Assembly (NCBI GenBank): GCA_965219955.1
Contig: OZ244799.1
Coordinates: 1,824,001 to 1,888,000 of the forward strand
Reading direction: 5' to 3'
DNA from: a bacterium
GTDB taxonomy: Bacteria > UBA8248
Length of the DNA: 64,000 nt
The notes under the pieces were generated by a model. It made no database searches and was not told the DNA's origin. It worked only from the letters and a program-made list of their open reading frames with translations. A program made the translations under genes and the position numbers. Positions 1 through 10,152 of this stretch are shown piece after piece (positions within the stretch are counted from its first letter, which is position 1; each line of letters starts with the position of its first letter).

Positions 1-1
1 A

Positions 2-1492
2 GCCGCCATCGTCATGTACGCGTGCTTCAAGACGGGGGTGGCCGTGCTGCCCGTCTTCTCGGGCTTCGGCCCCGAAGGGCTGGCCGAGCGGTTGATACAC
101 GCGGAAGCGCGCATCCTCTTCACGGTGGACGGGGCCGTGCGCCGGGGCAAGAAGGTGCCCTTGAAAGGCACGGCGGACGCGGCTTTGGAGCGCGGCACGA
201 AGGTGGAGAAAGTCGTGGTGCTCACGCGCTCGGGCGATGAGGTCCCCATGAAAGCGGGGCGCGACGTCACCTGGGATGATTTCGTTGCGGGGCAATCCCC
301 GCAAGCCGAGACCGAGCGGCTCCCCGCCGACGCCGTCTCGATGATCATGTACACCTCGGGCACCACCGGAAAGCCCAAGGGCACCGTCTACACCCACGCA
401 GGATTGATGAGCGGCCCGGGGCGCGAACTCAAGTACTGCCTCGACATGCGCGACGGCGACACGGTCTTCTGGGTCACGGATTTCGGCTGGGTCATGGCGC
501 CCTATGAACTCGTGGGTTCTCACTTCAACGGCCATTCGTGCCAGCTCTACGAGAGCGTGCCGAACCACCCGGCGCCCGATCGCTTATGGCAGATCATCGC
601 GAGGAACGGCGTCACCCACCTGGGGCTTTCCCCGACGGCGGTGCGCGTGCTGATCAGCGCGGGCGATGAATGGGTGGAAAAGCACGACCTCTCCTCCTTG
701 CGCGTGCTGGGCTCCACGGGCGAACCCTGGGACCCGGAATCCTACATGTGGTATTTCGAAAAGGTGGGCGGCGGCAGGTGCCCCATCATGAACATATCGG
801 GCGGCACCGAGATCGGCGCCTGTCTCTTACAACCCCTGCCCGTCATGGACCTCTCCCCCTGCACGCTGGGCGCGCCCGCCATGGGCACGGACGCCGACGT
901 GTTCGGCGAGGACGCCAAGCCCATTCGCGGCGAGGTGGGCCACCTGGTGCTCAAACAGCCCATCCCCTCGCTCACCAACGGCTTCTGGAAGGAGCCGGAC
1001 CGCTACCTCGAGACCTATTTCTCGCGCTGGGAGGGCGTATGGTACCACGGCGACTGGGCCAAGGTGGACGAGCAGGGGCTGTGGTATCTCTACGGGCGGT
1101 CTGACGACACCATCAAGGTATCGGGCAAGCGCGTGGGGCCGAACGAAATCGAGTCCGAACTCATCAAGCACCCCGGCGTCATCGAGGCCGCCGTCGTGGG
1201 GACGCCCCACCCGGTGAAGGGAGAGGGCCTCACCTGCTTCGTCGTCATGCACGATTCCTTTGAGCTGAACGACGCCCTGCGCGAGGAATTGAAAGACCAG
1301 GCGGTGGAGTATCTCGGCAAGAGCCTGCGGCCCGATGAGGTCCGCTTCGTCAAAGCCCTGCCCAAGACGCGCTCCGCTAAAATCGTGCGCGGCGCCATCA
1401 AGAAAGTGTATCTCGGCGAACAGGTGGACCACATGGACCTGAACTCGCTCGAAAACCCCGCGCACCTGGACGCCATCCGGGAAGCGGTGTAG
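2..1492 (+). CDS. Acetate-CoA ligase-like acyl-CoA synthetase (5' truncated by window edge)
   Basis: AMP-binding motif YTSGTTGKPKG, plus GRSDDTIKVSGKR and LPKTRSAKIVR; frame is open back to position 2. Confidence 0.92.
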   Translation, partial: AAIVMYACFKTGVAVLPVFSGFGPEGLAERLIHAEARILFTVDGAVRRGKKVPLKGTADAALERGTKVEKVVVLTRSGDEVPMKAGRDVTWDDFVAGQSPQAETERLPADAVSMIMYTSGTTGKPKGTVYTHAGLMSGPGRELKYCLDMRDGDTVFWVTDFGWVMAPYELVGSHFNGHSCQLYESVPNHPAPDRLWQIIARNGVTHLGLSPTAVRVLISAGDEWVEKHDLSSLRVLGSTGEPWDPESYMWYFEKVGGGRCPIMNISGGTEIGACLLQPLPVMDLSPCTLGAPAMGTDADVFGEDAKPIRGEVGHLVLKQPIPSLTNGFWKEPDRYLETYFSRWEGVWYHGDWAKVDEQGLWYLYGRSDDTIKVSGKRVGPNEIESELIKHPGVIEAAVVGTPHPVKGEGLTCFVVMHDSFELNDALREELKDQAVEYLGKSLRPDEVRFVKALPKTRSAKIVRGAIKKVYLGEQVDHMDLNSLENPAHLDAIREAV

Positions 1493-1494
1493 CC

Positions 1495-3438
1495 ATGCCC
1501 GAAGACATCATCTGGCGGCCGAACGAGGATTTTCTGGAAAACTCGAACGTCGCCCGCTTCATGAAGAAACAGGGTCTCGCGAGCTATGAGGCGCTGATCG
1601 ATTTCTTCCGGGAAGACGTCGGACGCTTCTGGTCGGCCATCGAGAAGGACATGGGCGTCTCCTGGTACAGGCTGTATGACGAGATCATGGACGCATCGGG
1701 CGGCCTGCCCTGGACGAAGTGGTTCCTGGGGGGCGAGCTCAACATCGTCCACAACTGCATCGACAGGCACCTTGAGACCTCCAAGCGCGACAGGACGGCC
1801 CTCATCTGGGAAGGCGACGGCGGCGAGGTGCGCCGCTACACCTACGCCGAGATGAACACCCACGTCTGCCGCCTGGCGAACGCCATGCGCGCGATGGGGA
1901 TGCGGCCCGGCGACAGCGCCGGCATCTTCATGCCCATGCTGCCGGAGACGGTGTTCGCCATGTTCGCGTGTCTCAAGATCGGCGTCGTGGCGATCCCCAT
2001 CTTCTCGGGCTTCGGCCCCGAGGCCGTCGCCGAGCGTCTCGACCACGCCGACGCGCGGCTCGTCTTCACGTCGAACGGCGGGATGCGCCGTGGCAGGGAG
2101 ATCGGCGTGAAGACCCTGATGGACAAGGCCCTGGACCTCGGAACCCGGGTCGAGAAAGTCGTGGTCTTCAGAAGGACGGATACGGACGTTCCCATGCAGG
2201 CCGGGCGCGACGTCGATTGGGAGGAGTTCATCGAGGGCCATCCCGACGATGCCGAAACCGAGCGCCTGCCCGCCGAGGCCCTCTCCCTCATCATCTACAC
2301 CTCGGGCACGACGGGAAAGCCGAAAGGCTCGGTGCACACCCACGCGGGCTGCATGCTCAACGTGGCCAAGGAGATCCGCTACTGCATGGACCTGCGCGAT
2401 TCGGACACCCTTTTCTGGGTGACGGACATCGGCTGGATGATGGGGCCCTGGAAGATGATAGGCGTCCAGTTCGGGGGCGGAACGTATCTCATCTACGAGG
2501 GCGCGCCCAACTGGCCCGAGCCCGACAGGCTGTGGAAGATGCTGAGCGACCACAAGGTTTCCATCTTCGGGGTCTCGCCCACCGCCGTGCGGCTGCTCAT
2601 CAGCGCGGGCGATGAATGGGTGGAAAAACACGACCTCTCCTCCCTGCGCGTGCTGGGCTCCACGGGCGAGCCCTGGGACCCGGAATCCTACATGTGGTTC
2701 TTCGAAAAGGTGGGCGGCGGCAGGTGCCCCGTCATGAACATATCGGGCGGCACCGAGCTTTGCGGCTGCATATTGCAGCCCTACCCCATCGTCCCGCTCA
2801 CGCCCTGCTCGCTCGGCGGCCCGGCCCTGGGTTCCGACGCCGACGTGTTCAACGAGGAGGGCGAGCCCGTGCGCGGGGAGATCGGCCACCTCGTGCTCAA
2901 ACAGCCCGTCCCCTCGATGACCAAGGGCTTCCTGAAAGACGATGCGCGCTTCCTGGAAACCTATTTCTCGCGCTGGCCGGACGTCTGGTACCACGGCGAC
3001 TGGGCGCGCCTGGACGAGGACGGGCAGTGGTATCTCTTCGGGCGTTCGGACGACACCATCAACGTCGCGGGCAAGCGCGTGGGACCCGCCGAGGTGGAGT
3101 CCGCCCTCATCAGGCATCCCGCCGTGGTGGAGGCCGCCGTCATCGGCGCGCCGCACCCCATCAAGGGCGAGGGTCTTTGCTGTTTCGTGGTGCTGGTCGG
3201 GGGCCATGAGCCGAGCGACGCGCTCCGTGAGGCGCTCAAGGAAGAGACCGTGAAATATCTCGGAAAGAGTTTAAGGCCAGATGAGGTCAGGTTCGTCGAG
3301 GCGCTGCCCAAGACGCGCTCGGCCAAGATCGTGCGCGCCGCCATCAAGAAAGTCTATATGGGCGAGGACCCGGCCAACATCGATACGTCATCCATCGAGG
3401 TGCCGGAGTTTTTACGCGCGATCACAGAGGCGCGATGA
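1495..3438 (+). CDS. Acetate-CoA ligase-like acyl-CoA synthetase, tandem paralogue
   Basis: 647 aa; N-terminal WFLGGELNIVHNCIDRH, YTSGTTGKPKG, GRSDD, LPKTRSAK. Confidence 0.93.
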   Translation: MPEDIIWRPNEDFLENSNVARFMKKQGLASYEALIDFFREDVGRFWSAIEKDMGVSWYRLYDEIMDASGGLPWTKWFLGGELNIVHNCIDRHLETSKRDRTALIWEGDGGEVRRYTYAEMNTHVCRLANAMRAMGMRPGDSAGIFMPMLPETVFAMFACLKIGVVAIPIFSGFGPEAVAERLDHADARLVFTSNGGMRRGREIGVKTLMDKALDLGTRVEKVVVFRRTDTDVPMQAGRDVDWEEFIEGHPDDAETERLPAEALSLIIYTSGTTGKPKGSVHTHAGCMLNVAKEIRYCMDLRDSDTLFWVTDIGWMMGPWKMIGVQFGGGTYLIYEGAPNWPEPDRLWKMLSDHKVSIFGVSPTAVRLLISAGDEWVEKHDLSSLRVLGSTGEPWDPESYMWFFEKVGGGRCPVMNISGGTELCGCILQPYPIVPLTPCSLGGPALGSDADVFNEEGEPVRGEIGHLVLKQPVPSMTKGFLKDDARFLETYFSRWPDVWYHGDWARLDEDGQWYLFGRSDDTINVAGKRVGPAEVESALIRHPAVVEAAVIGAPHPIKGEGLCCFVVLVGGHEPSDALREALKEETVKYLGKSLRPDEVRFVEALPKTRSAKIVRAAIKKVYMGEDPANIDTSSIEVPEFLRAITEAR

Positions 3439-3439
3439 A

Positions 3440-3697
3440 GTGTCGCTCCTGAACTGCCCCGAATGCGGGGGGCTCCTGAGCACCGAAGCCAGAGAGTGTC
3501 CCCACTGCGGCTATCCGCTCAGGAAAGGCAGCATCGCGGGCGTCTTCAAAGCCATCGCCCAGATCCCGTGTTTCGTCGCGGGCCTGATCCTCATCTTCAT
3601 CATCTTGTTCTTCGGCCTGGTGCTGCTCGACGTCTACTACTTCCACGGCCTGCTCTTCAAGTTGTTCGGGATCGAGGGAGGCGTCACCACGTTCTAG
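3440..3697 (+). CDS. Small zinc-ribbon membrane protein
   Basis: GTG start just after the upstream stop; CPECG..CPHCG followed by a hydrophobic helix. Confidence 0.7.
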   Translation: MSLLNCPECGGLLSTEARECPHCGYPLRKGSIAGVFKAIAQIPCFVAGLILIFIILFFGLVLLDVYYFHGLLFKLFGIEGGVTTF

Positions 3698-3708
3698 GGT
3701 GACCGCAC

Positions 3709-4594
3709 GGGGTTGTTGAAGAGCCCGGCGCACGTCAACTACGGCGATTTCTCTCCACCAAATAGAATTTCAAATCAACTCCCCCCTTGAGGGGGAGTCG
3801 AAGAGCTGAGGGCGTAAGCCCGAAAGCGATTCGGTGGGGGGTATAAGTCGGACTGACAAGAAAACGCATTTTACCCCCCACCGCATCAGCCTTCGCATAA
3901 ACCGCTCGGCTTCTGCGACTCCCCCTCAAGGGGGGAGTGAAGTTCAAAATCCGCCCGTCGCTCAAATTCACACAAATACAGGACAGGCACAGGGGCCTGT
4001 CCCTACAGCCCTTGCGGTTTTGCCCTCCTCACCCTGAAAACCAACCCCCCTACCCCCCCTTGTCAGGGGGGTATGAAAAGTCGATGCCCCCGGCGAGGGG
4101 GTATGAAAAAGCGACGCCCGCCGCTCCGCCTCACCCTGAGTAGCGGCGAAGCCGCGTATCGAAGGGCGAAATTCGCGCTCCCCATCCTTCGATACGGCGC
4201 TTACGCGCCTACTCAGGATGAGGGTTTGGGACAACCGATGAAAGAGCAAGAAACACTCCATCCTTGCAGAGCACTCAACAATCACTCCCCCCTTGAGGGT
4301 CGGGCTTCCCGAGGGGGGAGTGAACTTCAAAAGCCGCCCGTCGGTCATATTCACCCCGATACAGGACAGGCACGGGGGCCTGTCCCTATAGCCCTTGTGG
4401 TTTTGCCCTCCTCGCCCTGAAAACCAACCCCCCCTACCCCCCCTTGTCAGGGGGGTATGAAAGAGCAAACCCTCCACCACAGCGGCGGAGGGCGAGGCCT
4501 TTTTTTACCCCCCTGACAAGGGGGGTAGGGGGGGGTTGCCTTTATCCCCTGAGGAGAGGGGTACTCCCTTGACAACGCCTTTTTCAACCACCTC
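3709..4594. repeat. Mosaic of REP-like hairpin elements bounded by GGGGTTGTTGAAGAGCCC ... GCCTTTTTCAACCACCTC
   Basis: Contains a ~160-bp ACTCCCCCCTTGAGGGGGAGT element (3778-3938), GGACAGGCAC..GCCTGTCCCTAC hairpins, CCCCCCTTGTCAGGGGGG hairpins, a CTCACCCTGAG...CTCAGGATGAG element (4130-4222) and a ~150-bp direct repeat (3931-4080 vs 4315-4464). Confidence 0.85.
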
Positions 4595-4677
4595 GCAAAC
4601 CCGCCCCCGCGCTTGTTCCCGGCCCCCCGAATCGCTAAGCTGGCGCTTCATATCGTCAAAGGCAAGCAGGGGACGTT

Positions 4678-5427
4678 TTGGACTACACGGCGCATCAGCT
4701 TCTCGCATTCGGGATCACCGCCTTTTTCGTCGGCTTTCTGAAAACCACCTTCAGTTCCGGTATCGGCATCCTTCTCGTTCCGATCATGATCATGTTCTGG
4801 CCCACGCGGTTCATCATCGGAATCGTGGCCGTCATCATGTGGGTGACGGATTTTTTCGCCATCCCCATGTTCTGGAAGCAGTGGGAGAGCCGCTTCCTGC
4901 GCTACCTGGTGCCCGGCTTCTACATCGGCATCATCATCGGCGTCTACTGGCTGGTGACCCTGCCCGATTTCTGGCTGAGAAAGGGGATCGGCTTGACCTG
5001 CGTCCTCTTCGCCGTGGTGCTCTTCTGGCGAGAGGCGCGTGGCGAGATGAAGCCCCCGCCCATCAGCCTGCCTGCGGGGGTGGGCATCGGTGTGGGCGGC
5101 GGCATCATCAGCGCCATGTTCCACTCGGGCGGCCTCGTGCTGAGCCTTTTCTTCATCAGCCAGGGAATGTCCAAGACGGCGGTGGTGGCGAGCATCCTCG
5201 TCGTCTGGTTCTGCGTGAACCCCTTCAAGGTCGCCTCGCTGTGGTACGGGGGCGTCGTGCAGACGCCCATGCTCGTGGCGGGCGCGCTCGCCTTCCCCCT
5301 CGCCTGGGCCGGAAGCTGGTGCGGCAAACAGGCGCTCAGTAAAATCCCCCAGAAGGGATTCACCTACATCCTCCTGCTCCTGTCCCTCATCACGGCTCTC
5401 CGCCTTCTGCTCGAATCGAACCCGTGA
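4678..5427 (+). CDS. Sulfite exporter TauE/SafE family permease
   Basis: 249 aa, about 8 hydrophobic segments, GG-rich helix pattern. Confidence 0.8.
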   Translation: MDYTAHQLLAFGITAFFVGFLKTTFSSGIGILLVPIMIMFWPTRFIIGIVAVIMWVTDFFAIPMFWKQWESRFLRYLVPGFYIGIIIGVYWLVTLPDFWLRKGIGLTCVLFAVVLFWREARGEMKPPPISLPAGVGIGVGGGIISAMFHSGGLVLSLFFISQGMSKTAVVASILVVWFCVNPFKVASLWYGGVVQTPMLVAGALAFPLAWAGSWCGKQALSKIPQKGFTYILLLLSLITALRLLLESNP

Positions 5428-6173
5428 TGCCGGATTTCACCTGGGTCGAGTGGGGCTTCGTTCTCGCGGCGGCGTTTTGCAACGGCTTTCTGGTGCGCAC
5501 GTTCGGGGCGGGCGTGGGACTGGTGATCACGCCGTTCCTCATCTTCGCGTTCTCGCCCTCTTTTTCGCTCGGCCTCATCGCGCTGTTCAGCTGCTGGTCG
5601 GGCCTGGGGTCGGCGCCCCATTTCTGGGGGAAATGGAACCTGCGCTACGTGTTTCTCTTAGCGCCCGGCATCGTGGTCGGGCTGGCCTGCGGCGTCTGGC
5701 TGCTCACCTGGCTGCCGGGCGCGGGTCTGAAAATGCTGATCGGCGCCATCTGCTTCTCCCTCGCCGCCTACCAGGCGCTCATCGAGATCAGGGGCAGGCC
5801 CTTCGAGATCCCTCCCCTGCCGATGTGGCAGGGCGGGGGCTTCGGCGTCATGAGCGGACTCTGCTCGGCACTCGCCAACAGCGGGGCGATCTTCCTCACC
5901 CCCGTCCTCATCAGCCAGCGACTGGAAAAACTCACGCTTGTGAGCACGATATGGGCGCTCTACACGGTGATGAACCCCGTCAAGGTGGTCGCCTTCTGGC
6001 AGGTGTCCGTCGTCACCTGGGACACCATCTGGGCGACCGTGGCCGGCCTGCCCGTCCTGTGGCTCGGCATCATGGCGGGCGCATGGGTGCAGGAGAGGCT
6101 CAGCGGGCGCACGTTCAACCTGTGCGTGCTGAGCATCGCCCTGGGAGGTTCGATACGGCTGCTGCTCGTTTAG
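5424..6173 (+). CDS. Sulfite exporter TauE/SafE family permease (paralogue)
   Basis: 249 aa, same topology, overlaps the upstream stop; shares the NPxKV motif. Confidence 0.8.
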   Translation: MMPDFTWVEWGFVLAAAFCNGFLVRTFGAGVGLVITPFLIFAFSPSFSLGLIALFSCWSGLGSAPHFWGKWNLRYVFLLAPGIVVGLACGVWLLTWLPGAGLKMLIGAICFSLAAYQALIEIRGRPFEIPPLPMWQGGGFGVMSGLCSALANSGAIFLTPVLISQRLEKLTLVSTIWALYTVMNPVKVVAFWQVSVVTWDTIWATVAGLPVLWLGIMAGAWVQERLSGRTFNLCVLSIALGGSIRLLLV

Positions 6174-6270
6174 GGAACGCTCGGGAATTATATGCTTGAA
6201 TTGGCAACTTCTTCTGAGCGGTCAATCCGTAAAGAATCCAGCAACCACTCCCTCATTCTTGAGTTGTTCT

Positions 6271-6509
6271 CACTCCCCCCTTGAGGGGCATCGGCAACCG
6301 AGAAGAAAGGAATCACTCCCCCCCGGAGGGGGAGTCAGTGAAGCCGAGCGATTTTTGCGAAGGCTGAACTGGTGGGGGGGGAAAGTGCGTTTTATCGCCA
6401 CCCGAATTATACCCCCCACCGAATCGCTTTCGGGCTTACGCCCTCAGCTCTTCGACTCCCCCTCAAGGGGGGAGTGATTCCTCTCTCCTCGGGATTTTTC
6501 AACACCCCC
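6271..6509. repeat. Copy of the ~160-bp CCCCCTCAAGGGGGGAGT hairpin element plus right-end motif GGGATTTTTCAACACCCCC
   Basis: Near-identical to 19287-19450 and to the reverse complement of 3778-3938. Confidence 0.85.
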
Positions 6510-6578
6510 GACAACGGGGGTTGGGGGGTTGGCCGGTCAAATATATAATCCCCCCAAAAACCGCATGGAGGATCGACA

Positions 6579-7691
6579 ATGAGCACGACGCCGCAAGCCG
6601 CGAAAACGCCCCTGCCGGTCTCGGAATCCAGCATCGGCATGGTGGACGCGGATATCCACCACGTACCGCCCTCGCTCGACGCGCTCAAGCCCTACCTGCC
6701 GCTCGTCTGGCGAAACTACGTGGAAGAAACCGACTACACGAAACTGCCCAACGCGCCCTATCCCAAGACGGCGGGGGGCGGCGTCCGCAAGGACGCCATA
6801 CCGCCGGACGGCCCGGCCGGTTCGAGTCTCGCCATGCTCCAGGAGCAGGTGCTGGACGCCTATGGCGTGAGCTACGGGGTCCTGAACGGCGCGTATTACA
6901 ACGTCTCCTTCATGGGAATCCCCGAATTCGGCGCGGCTCTGGCAAGCGCGCACAACGACTGGACGATCGAGCACTGGCTCGAAAAGGACGAGCGCCTGCG
7001 CGGCGCCATCACCGTCTCGCATCAGGACCCCCAGCACGCCGTGGACGAGATAAAGCGCGTCGGCGGGCGCGACGACATGGCGCAGGTGCTCTTCCCGGCG
7101 GGTTCGCACGCCCCCTACGGGCAGCGGCGCTACCACCCCATCTACGCGGCGGCGGAAGAGCGCGGGCTGCCTATCGGCATCCATTTCGGCGGTACGGGCG
7201 CGGGCAACGCGCCGCCGCCCACGGCTTCGGGCTGGCCCACCTACTACATCGAGTGGCACACGGCGATGAGCCAGGCCTTCATGACGCACGTCGTGAGCTT
7301 CATCTGCGAGGGCGTGTTCGAGTTTTTCCCGAAGCTCAAGGTCGTGCTCATCGAGGGGGGCCTCTCCTGGATTCCGGGGCTGCTCTGGCGGCTGGACAAG
7401 AACTACCGGGGGATGCGCGCCGAGGTGCCCTGGCTCAGGAAGCTGCCGAGCGAGTATTTTTACGAGCACTTCCGGGTGACGAGCCAGCCCATCGAGGAGC
7501 CGGATAAGGACGAGCACCTCGTCCGGATATTCGAGATGGTCCACGCCGAGAAAATCCTGCTCTTCGCCACCGACTACCCCCACTGGGACTTCGACTCCCC
7601 CGTCCACGCCCTCCCGCGCCAGGTGGACGCAGACCTCCGCGCGCGCATCATGCGCGACAACGCGGTGGAGTTGTACGGGTTGGGGGGTTAG
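6579..7691 (+). CDS. Amidohydrolase family 2 (decarboxylase/hydratase-like)
   Basis: DADIHH metal motif, [22 protein letters not shown]. Confidence 0.9.
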   Translation: MSTTPQAAKTPLPVSESSIGMVDADIHHVPPSLDALKPYLPLVWRNYVEETDYTKLPNAPYPKTAGGGVRKDAIPPDGPAGSSLAMLQEQVLDAYGVSYGVLNGAYYNVSFMGIPEFGAALASAHNDWTIEHWLEKDERLRGAITVSHQDPQHAVDEIKRVGGRDDMAQVLFPAGSHAPYGQRRYHPIYAAAEERGLPIGIHFGGTGAGNAPPPTASGWPTYYIEWHTAMSQAFMTHVVSFICEGVFEFFPKLKVVLIEGGLSWIPGLLWRLDKNYRGMRAEVPWLRKLPSEYFYEHFRVTSQPIEEPDKDEHLVRIFEMVHAEKILLFATDYPHWDFDSPVHALPRQVDADLRARIMRDNAVELYGLGG

Positions 7692-7850
7692 TAGATTTTG
7701 ACGGGGTTTGGTGGATCAATTATAGTTAGAGTGCGACTCAATCCAGCAACTACTGTCTGCTAGGATGTGTTAGAAGTAATCGCATATTCGTCAAAATTCA
7801 TCGAATTTTTACAGCATAAACCCTAAAAATTCTGCGAATGTGAGGGAAAT

Positions 7851-9821
7851 ATGAAAGCAGGTCCGGTAACAATCAGACATCTTCTGGAAAACCGACAGCG
7901 TTTCTGCGTGCCAATTTACCAACGTCATTACGTTTGGACCCGTGAAAAACAGTGGGAACCTTTTTGGAATGATATAAGATCTAAAGCCATCGAGCGTCTT
8001 GCTGGCCGTGATAGGCGGTTTTCCCATTTTATGGGGGCAGTGGTTCTAGAGACTCGGGGGGGCACTTCATCGAAAAGCGTAACATCTTATCAAGTCGTTG
8101 ACGGACAGCAACGCTTAACGACCTTCCAATTGTTCCTCTCTGCTGTACGCGACTATGCCACTCAAGTCGAGTTCAAAGAAATAGCAGAACGTGTCGAGGG
8201 TTTCTTGCTTAATGAACGACCTCATTTGATGGAAAATCCTGATATCGAAATCTTCAAGATATGGCCAACGGAATATGATCGGGAGCTTTTTCTGGACATC
8301 CTAAATCTCACCCGTACTGATTTGCGCAAAAAATATCGTCAACATTTCTATGCCAGACTTGACAAGATTTATGGATATCGAACCGTTCCTAATCTCCTCG
8401 GTGCTTATGGCTTCTTCTACGATTGTATCAAGTATGCTGTAGAGAGTGATGATCTAGACGATGACTTTGCTGAAGTTGTAGATGACACGAACGAAGAAAA
8501 GTTGTCTCCGCCATTAACCGACCGGGCAATGATGGAAATTCGTCTTGATGCCATTTGGGAAGCCTTGATTGAGGAATTCAAGGTCGTGGAGATCAGACTT
8601 GAAGAAGGCGACGATGCACAGGTTATCTTCGAGACCCTAAACGAACGTGGCGAACCTCTCCTGGCTGCCGACTTGGTGCGGAACAATATTTTTCATCGTG
8701 CTGATGCACATGGAGAGGACGCCGAAAAATTATTTTCAAAATACTGGACTCTCTTTGAAGACCCATTTTGGAACGAACTCGAAAAGCAAGGCCGCTATCG
8801 CAAGCCCAGGATCGAGTTCTTCATCGCAAATTTTATCTCCGGTCGAATCGCTAGTGAGGTTACGCTATCTAAATTATTCAGCGAGTACAAATCATTCTTG
8901 CAATATCTGAAAACAACACCAGCGGGTGGTTATCGCTCAGTCGAAGATGAAATTAAAGAACTTACGAAATATGGTGCCATATACCGAGTTTTGCTTGAAC
9001 GATCTGATAAAAATCCACTTGGCAAGTTTGCGCGTCAATTGCATGCATGGGATGTGACGACCGTCTTCCCATTCGTTCTCCGTTTGTGGGCAAATGATGA
9101 TTTAGAAGATGAAGAAAAAGAAGCTTGCCTGCCAATCCTTTTGTCATTCATTATCAGGCGAGCCGTCTGTGGCTTAACTACAAAGAACTACAATAAATTC
9201 TTCCTTTCCGTAGTTCGTCATCTCGATAGAGAAGGGTGGTCTCATACTCAACTAGCTAGATTTCTTGCAATTCAAAATACTGATACCGCGCGATTTCCAA
9301 CCGACACAGAATTTCAAGGCGTATGGCTCTCAAAGCCTGTTTACCAATCTCTTGGGAATACAAGGGTTCGATCCATTCTCGAATCCCTAGAGAAAGCCAA
9401 GCGTGGAAAATATCAGGAAAACGGTCAACTTAATTCAAACTTAAGCGTCGAACATATTCTTCCAATAGACTGGAGAGAGCACTGGCCTCTTGATGACGGA
9501 TCAACACCTACCCCTTCGGATATGTTACAGGCTTTCTTAGCTTCAGAAGAAAGCGACTCATTGTTAGGACATATAGCTCGCCGTGAACGACTTAAACATA
9601 CATTTGGGAATCTGACGCTCTTAACTCAACCACTTAATAGCAGTGTAAAAAATAAAGACTTCTTCACAAAACGAAGTGCTCTTTTAGAACACTCTCTTCT
9701 CATTCTAAACCGTGAAATCACACGAGAGGAAGAATGGGGCGAAGAACAAATCGAAAGAAGAGGAAAAGAACTTTTCCCTCTCGCACAGCAACTCTGGCCC
9801 TACCCTGATATAGATATATAA
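7851..9821 (+). CDS. GmrSD-like type IV restriction protein (DUF262 + DUF1524 HNH)
   Basis: VPIYQRHYVW, VVDGQQRLTT, IFETLNERG; C-terminal VEHILP...GNLTLLTQPLNS; low GC. Confidence 0.88.
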   Translation: MKAGPVTIRHLLENRQRFCVPIYQRHYVWTREKQWEPFWNDIRSKAIERLAGRDRRFSHFMGAVVLETRGGTSSKSVTSYQVVDGQQRLTTFQLFLSAVRDYATQVEFKEIAERVEGFLLNERPHLMENPDIEIFKIWPTEYDRELFLDILNLTRTDLRKKYRQHFYARLDKIYGYRTVPNLLGAYGFFYDCIKYAVESDDLDDDFAEVVDDTNEEKLSPPLTDRAMMEIRLDAIWEALIEEFKVVEIRLEEGDDAQVIFETLNERGEPLLAADLVRNNIFHRADAHGEDAEKLFSKYWTLFEDPFWNELEKQGRYRKPRIEFFIANFISGRIASEVTLSKLFSEYKSFLQYLKTTPAGGYRSVEDEIKELTKYGAIYRVLLERSDKNPLGKFARQLHAWDVTTVFPFVLRLWANDDLEDEEKEACLPILLSFIIRRAVCGLTTKNYNKFFLSVVRHLDREGWSHTQLARFLAIQNTDTARFPTDTEFQGVWLSKPVYQSLGNTRVRSILESLEKAKRGKYQENGQLNSNLSVEHILPIDWREHWPLDDGSTPTPSDMLQAFLASEESDSLLGHIARRERLKHTFGNLTLLTQPLNSSVKNKDFFTKRSALLEHSLLILNREITREEEWGEEQIERRGKELFPLAQQLWPYPDIDI

Positions 9822-9882
9822 AATCTCGGCTCTACAAAGCTTGCCCGAAAGTTACTAGAATGCGACTCGAAGAGAGAACGCG

Positions 9883-9987
9883 ATGGGCCTCAACATTAAG
9901 AACGAAGAAACCTACCGCATGGACCCTGACATGTGCACACGCATCATGCGCGAGAACGCATGCGAATTGTACGGGTTTGGTGGTTAG
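9883..9987 (+). pseudogene. Chimeric remnant: VapB-like antitoxin N-terminus fused in frame to a diverged copy of the amidohydrolase C-terminus
   Basis: Reads MGLNIKNEETYR-MDPDMCTRIMRENACELYGFGG*; compare 12235 onward and 7623-7691 ([22 protein letters not shown]). Confidence 0.75.
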
Positions 9988-10152
9988 GGGAGTATCGCAA
10001 TTAGAAAAACGAAAGTTGTCAATTCACCTTAATCAAACCATTGCAAAATGAAATGATTCTGATATATTCCGCTTTCCGCCCACGCAGAATCCAAAACCAA
10101 AATCAAAGTGCTGATTCATAAACCAGAACATCATGAGAAGGATAGAGAGTAG

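Noticed and set aside
1090-3207. 705-aa minus-strand ORF (likewise 15046-17427 and 25110-26309)
   Set aside because: Antisense shadows of well-supported genes in high-GC DNA
3709-4594. Possible CRISPR array
   Set aside because: Repeats are heterogeneous hairpins in mixed orientation, without regular spacers or cas genes
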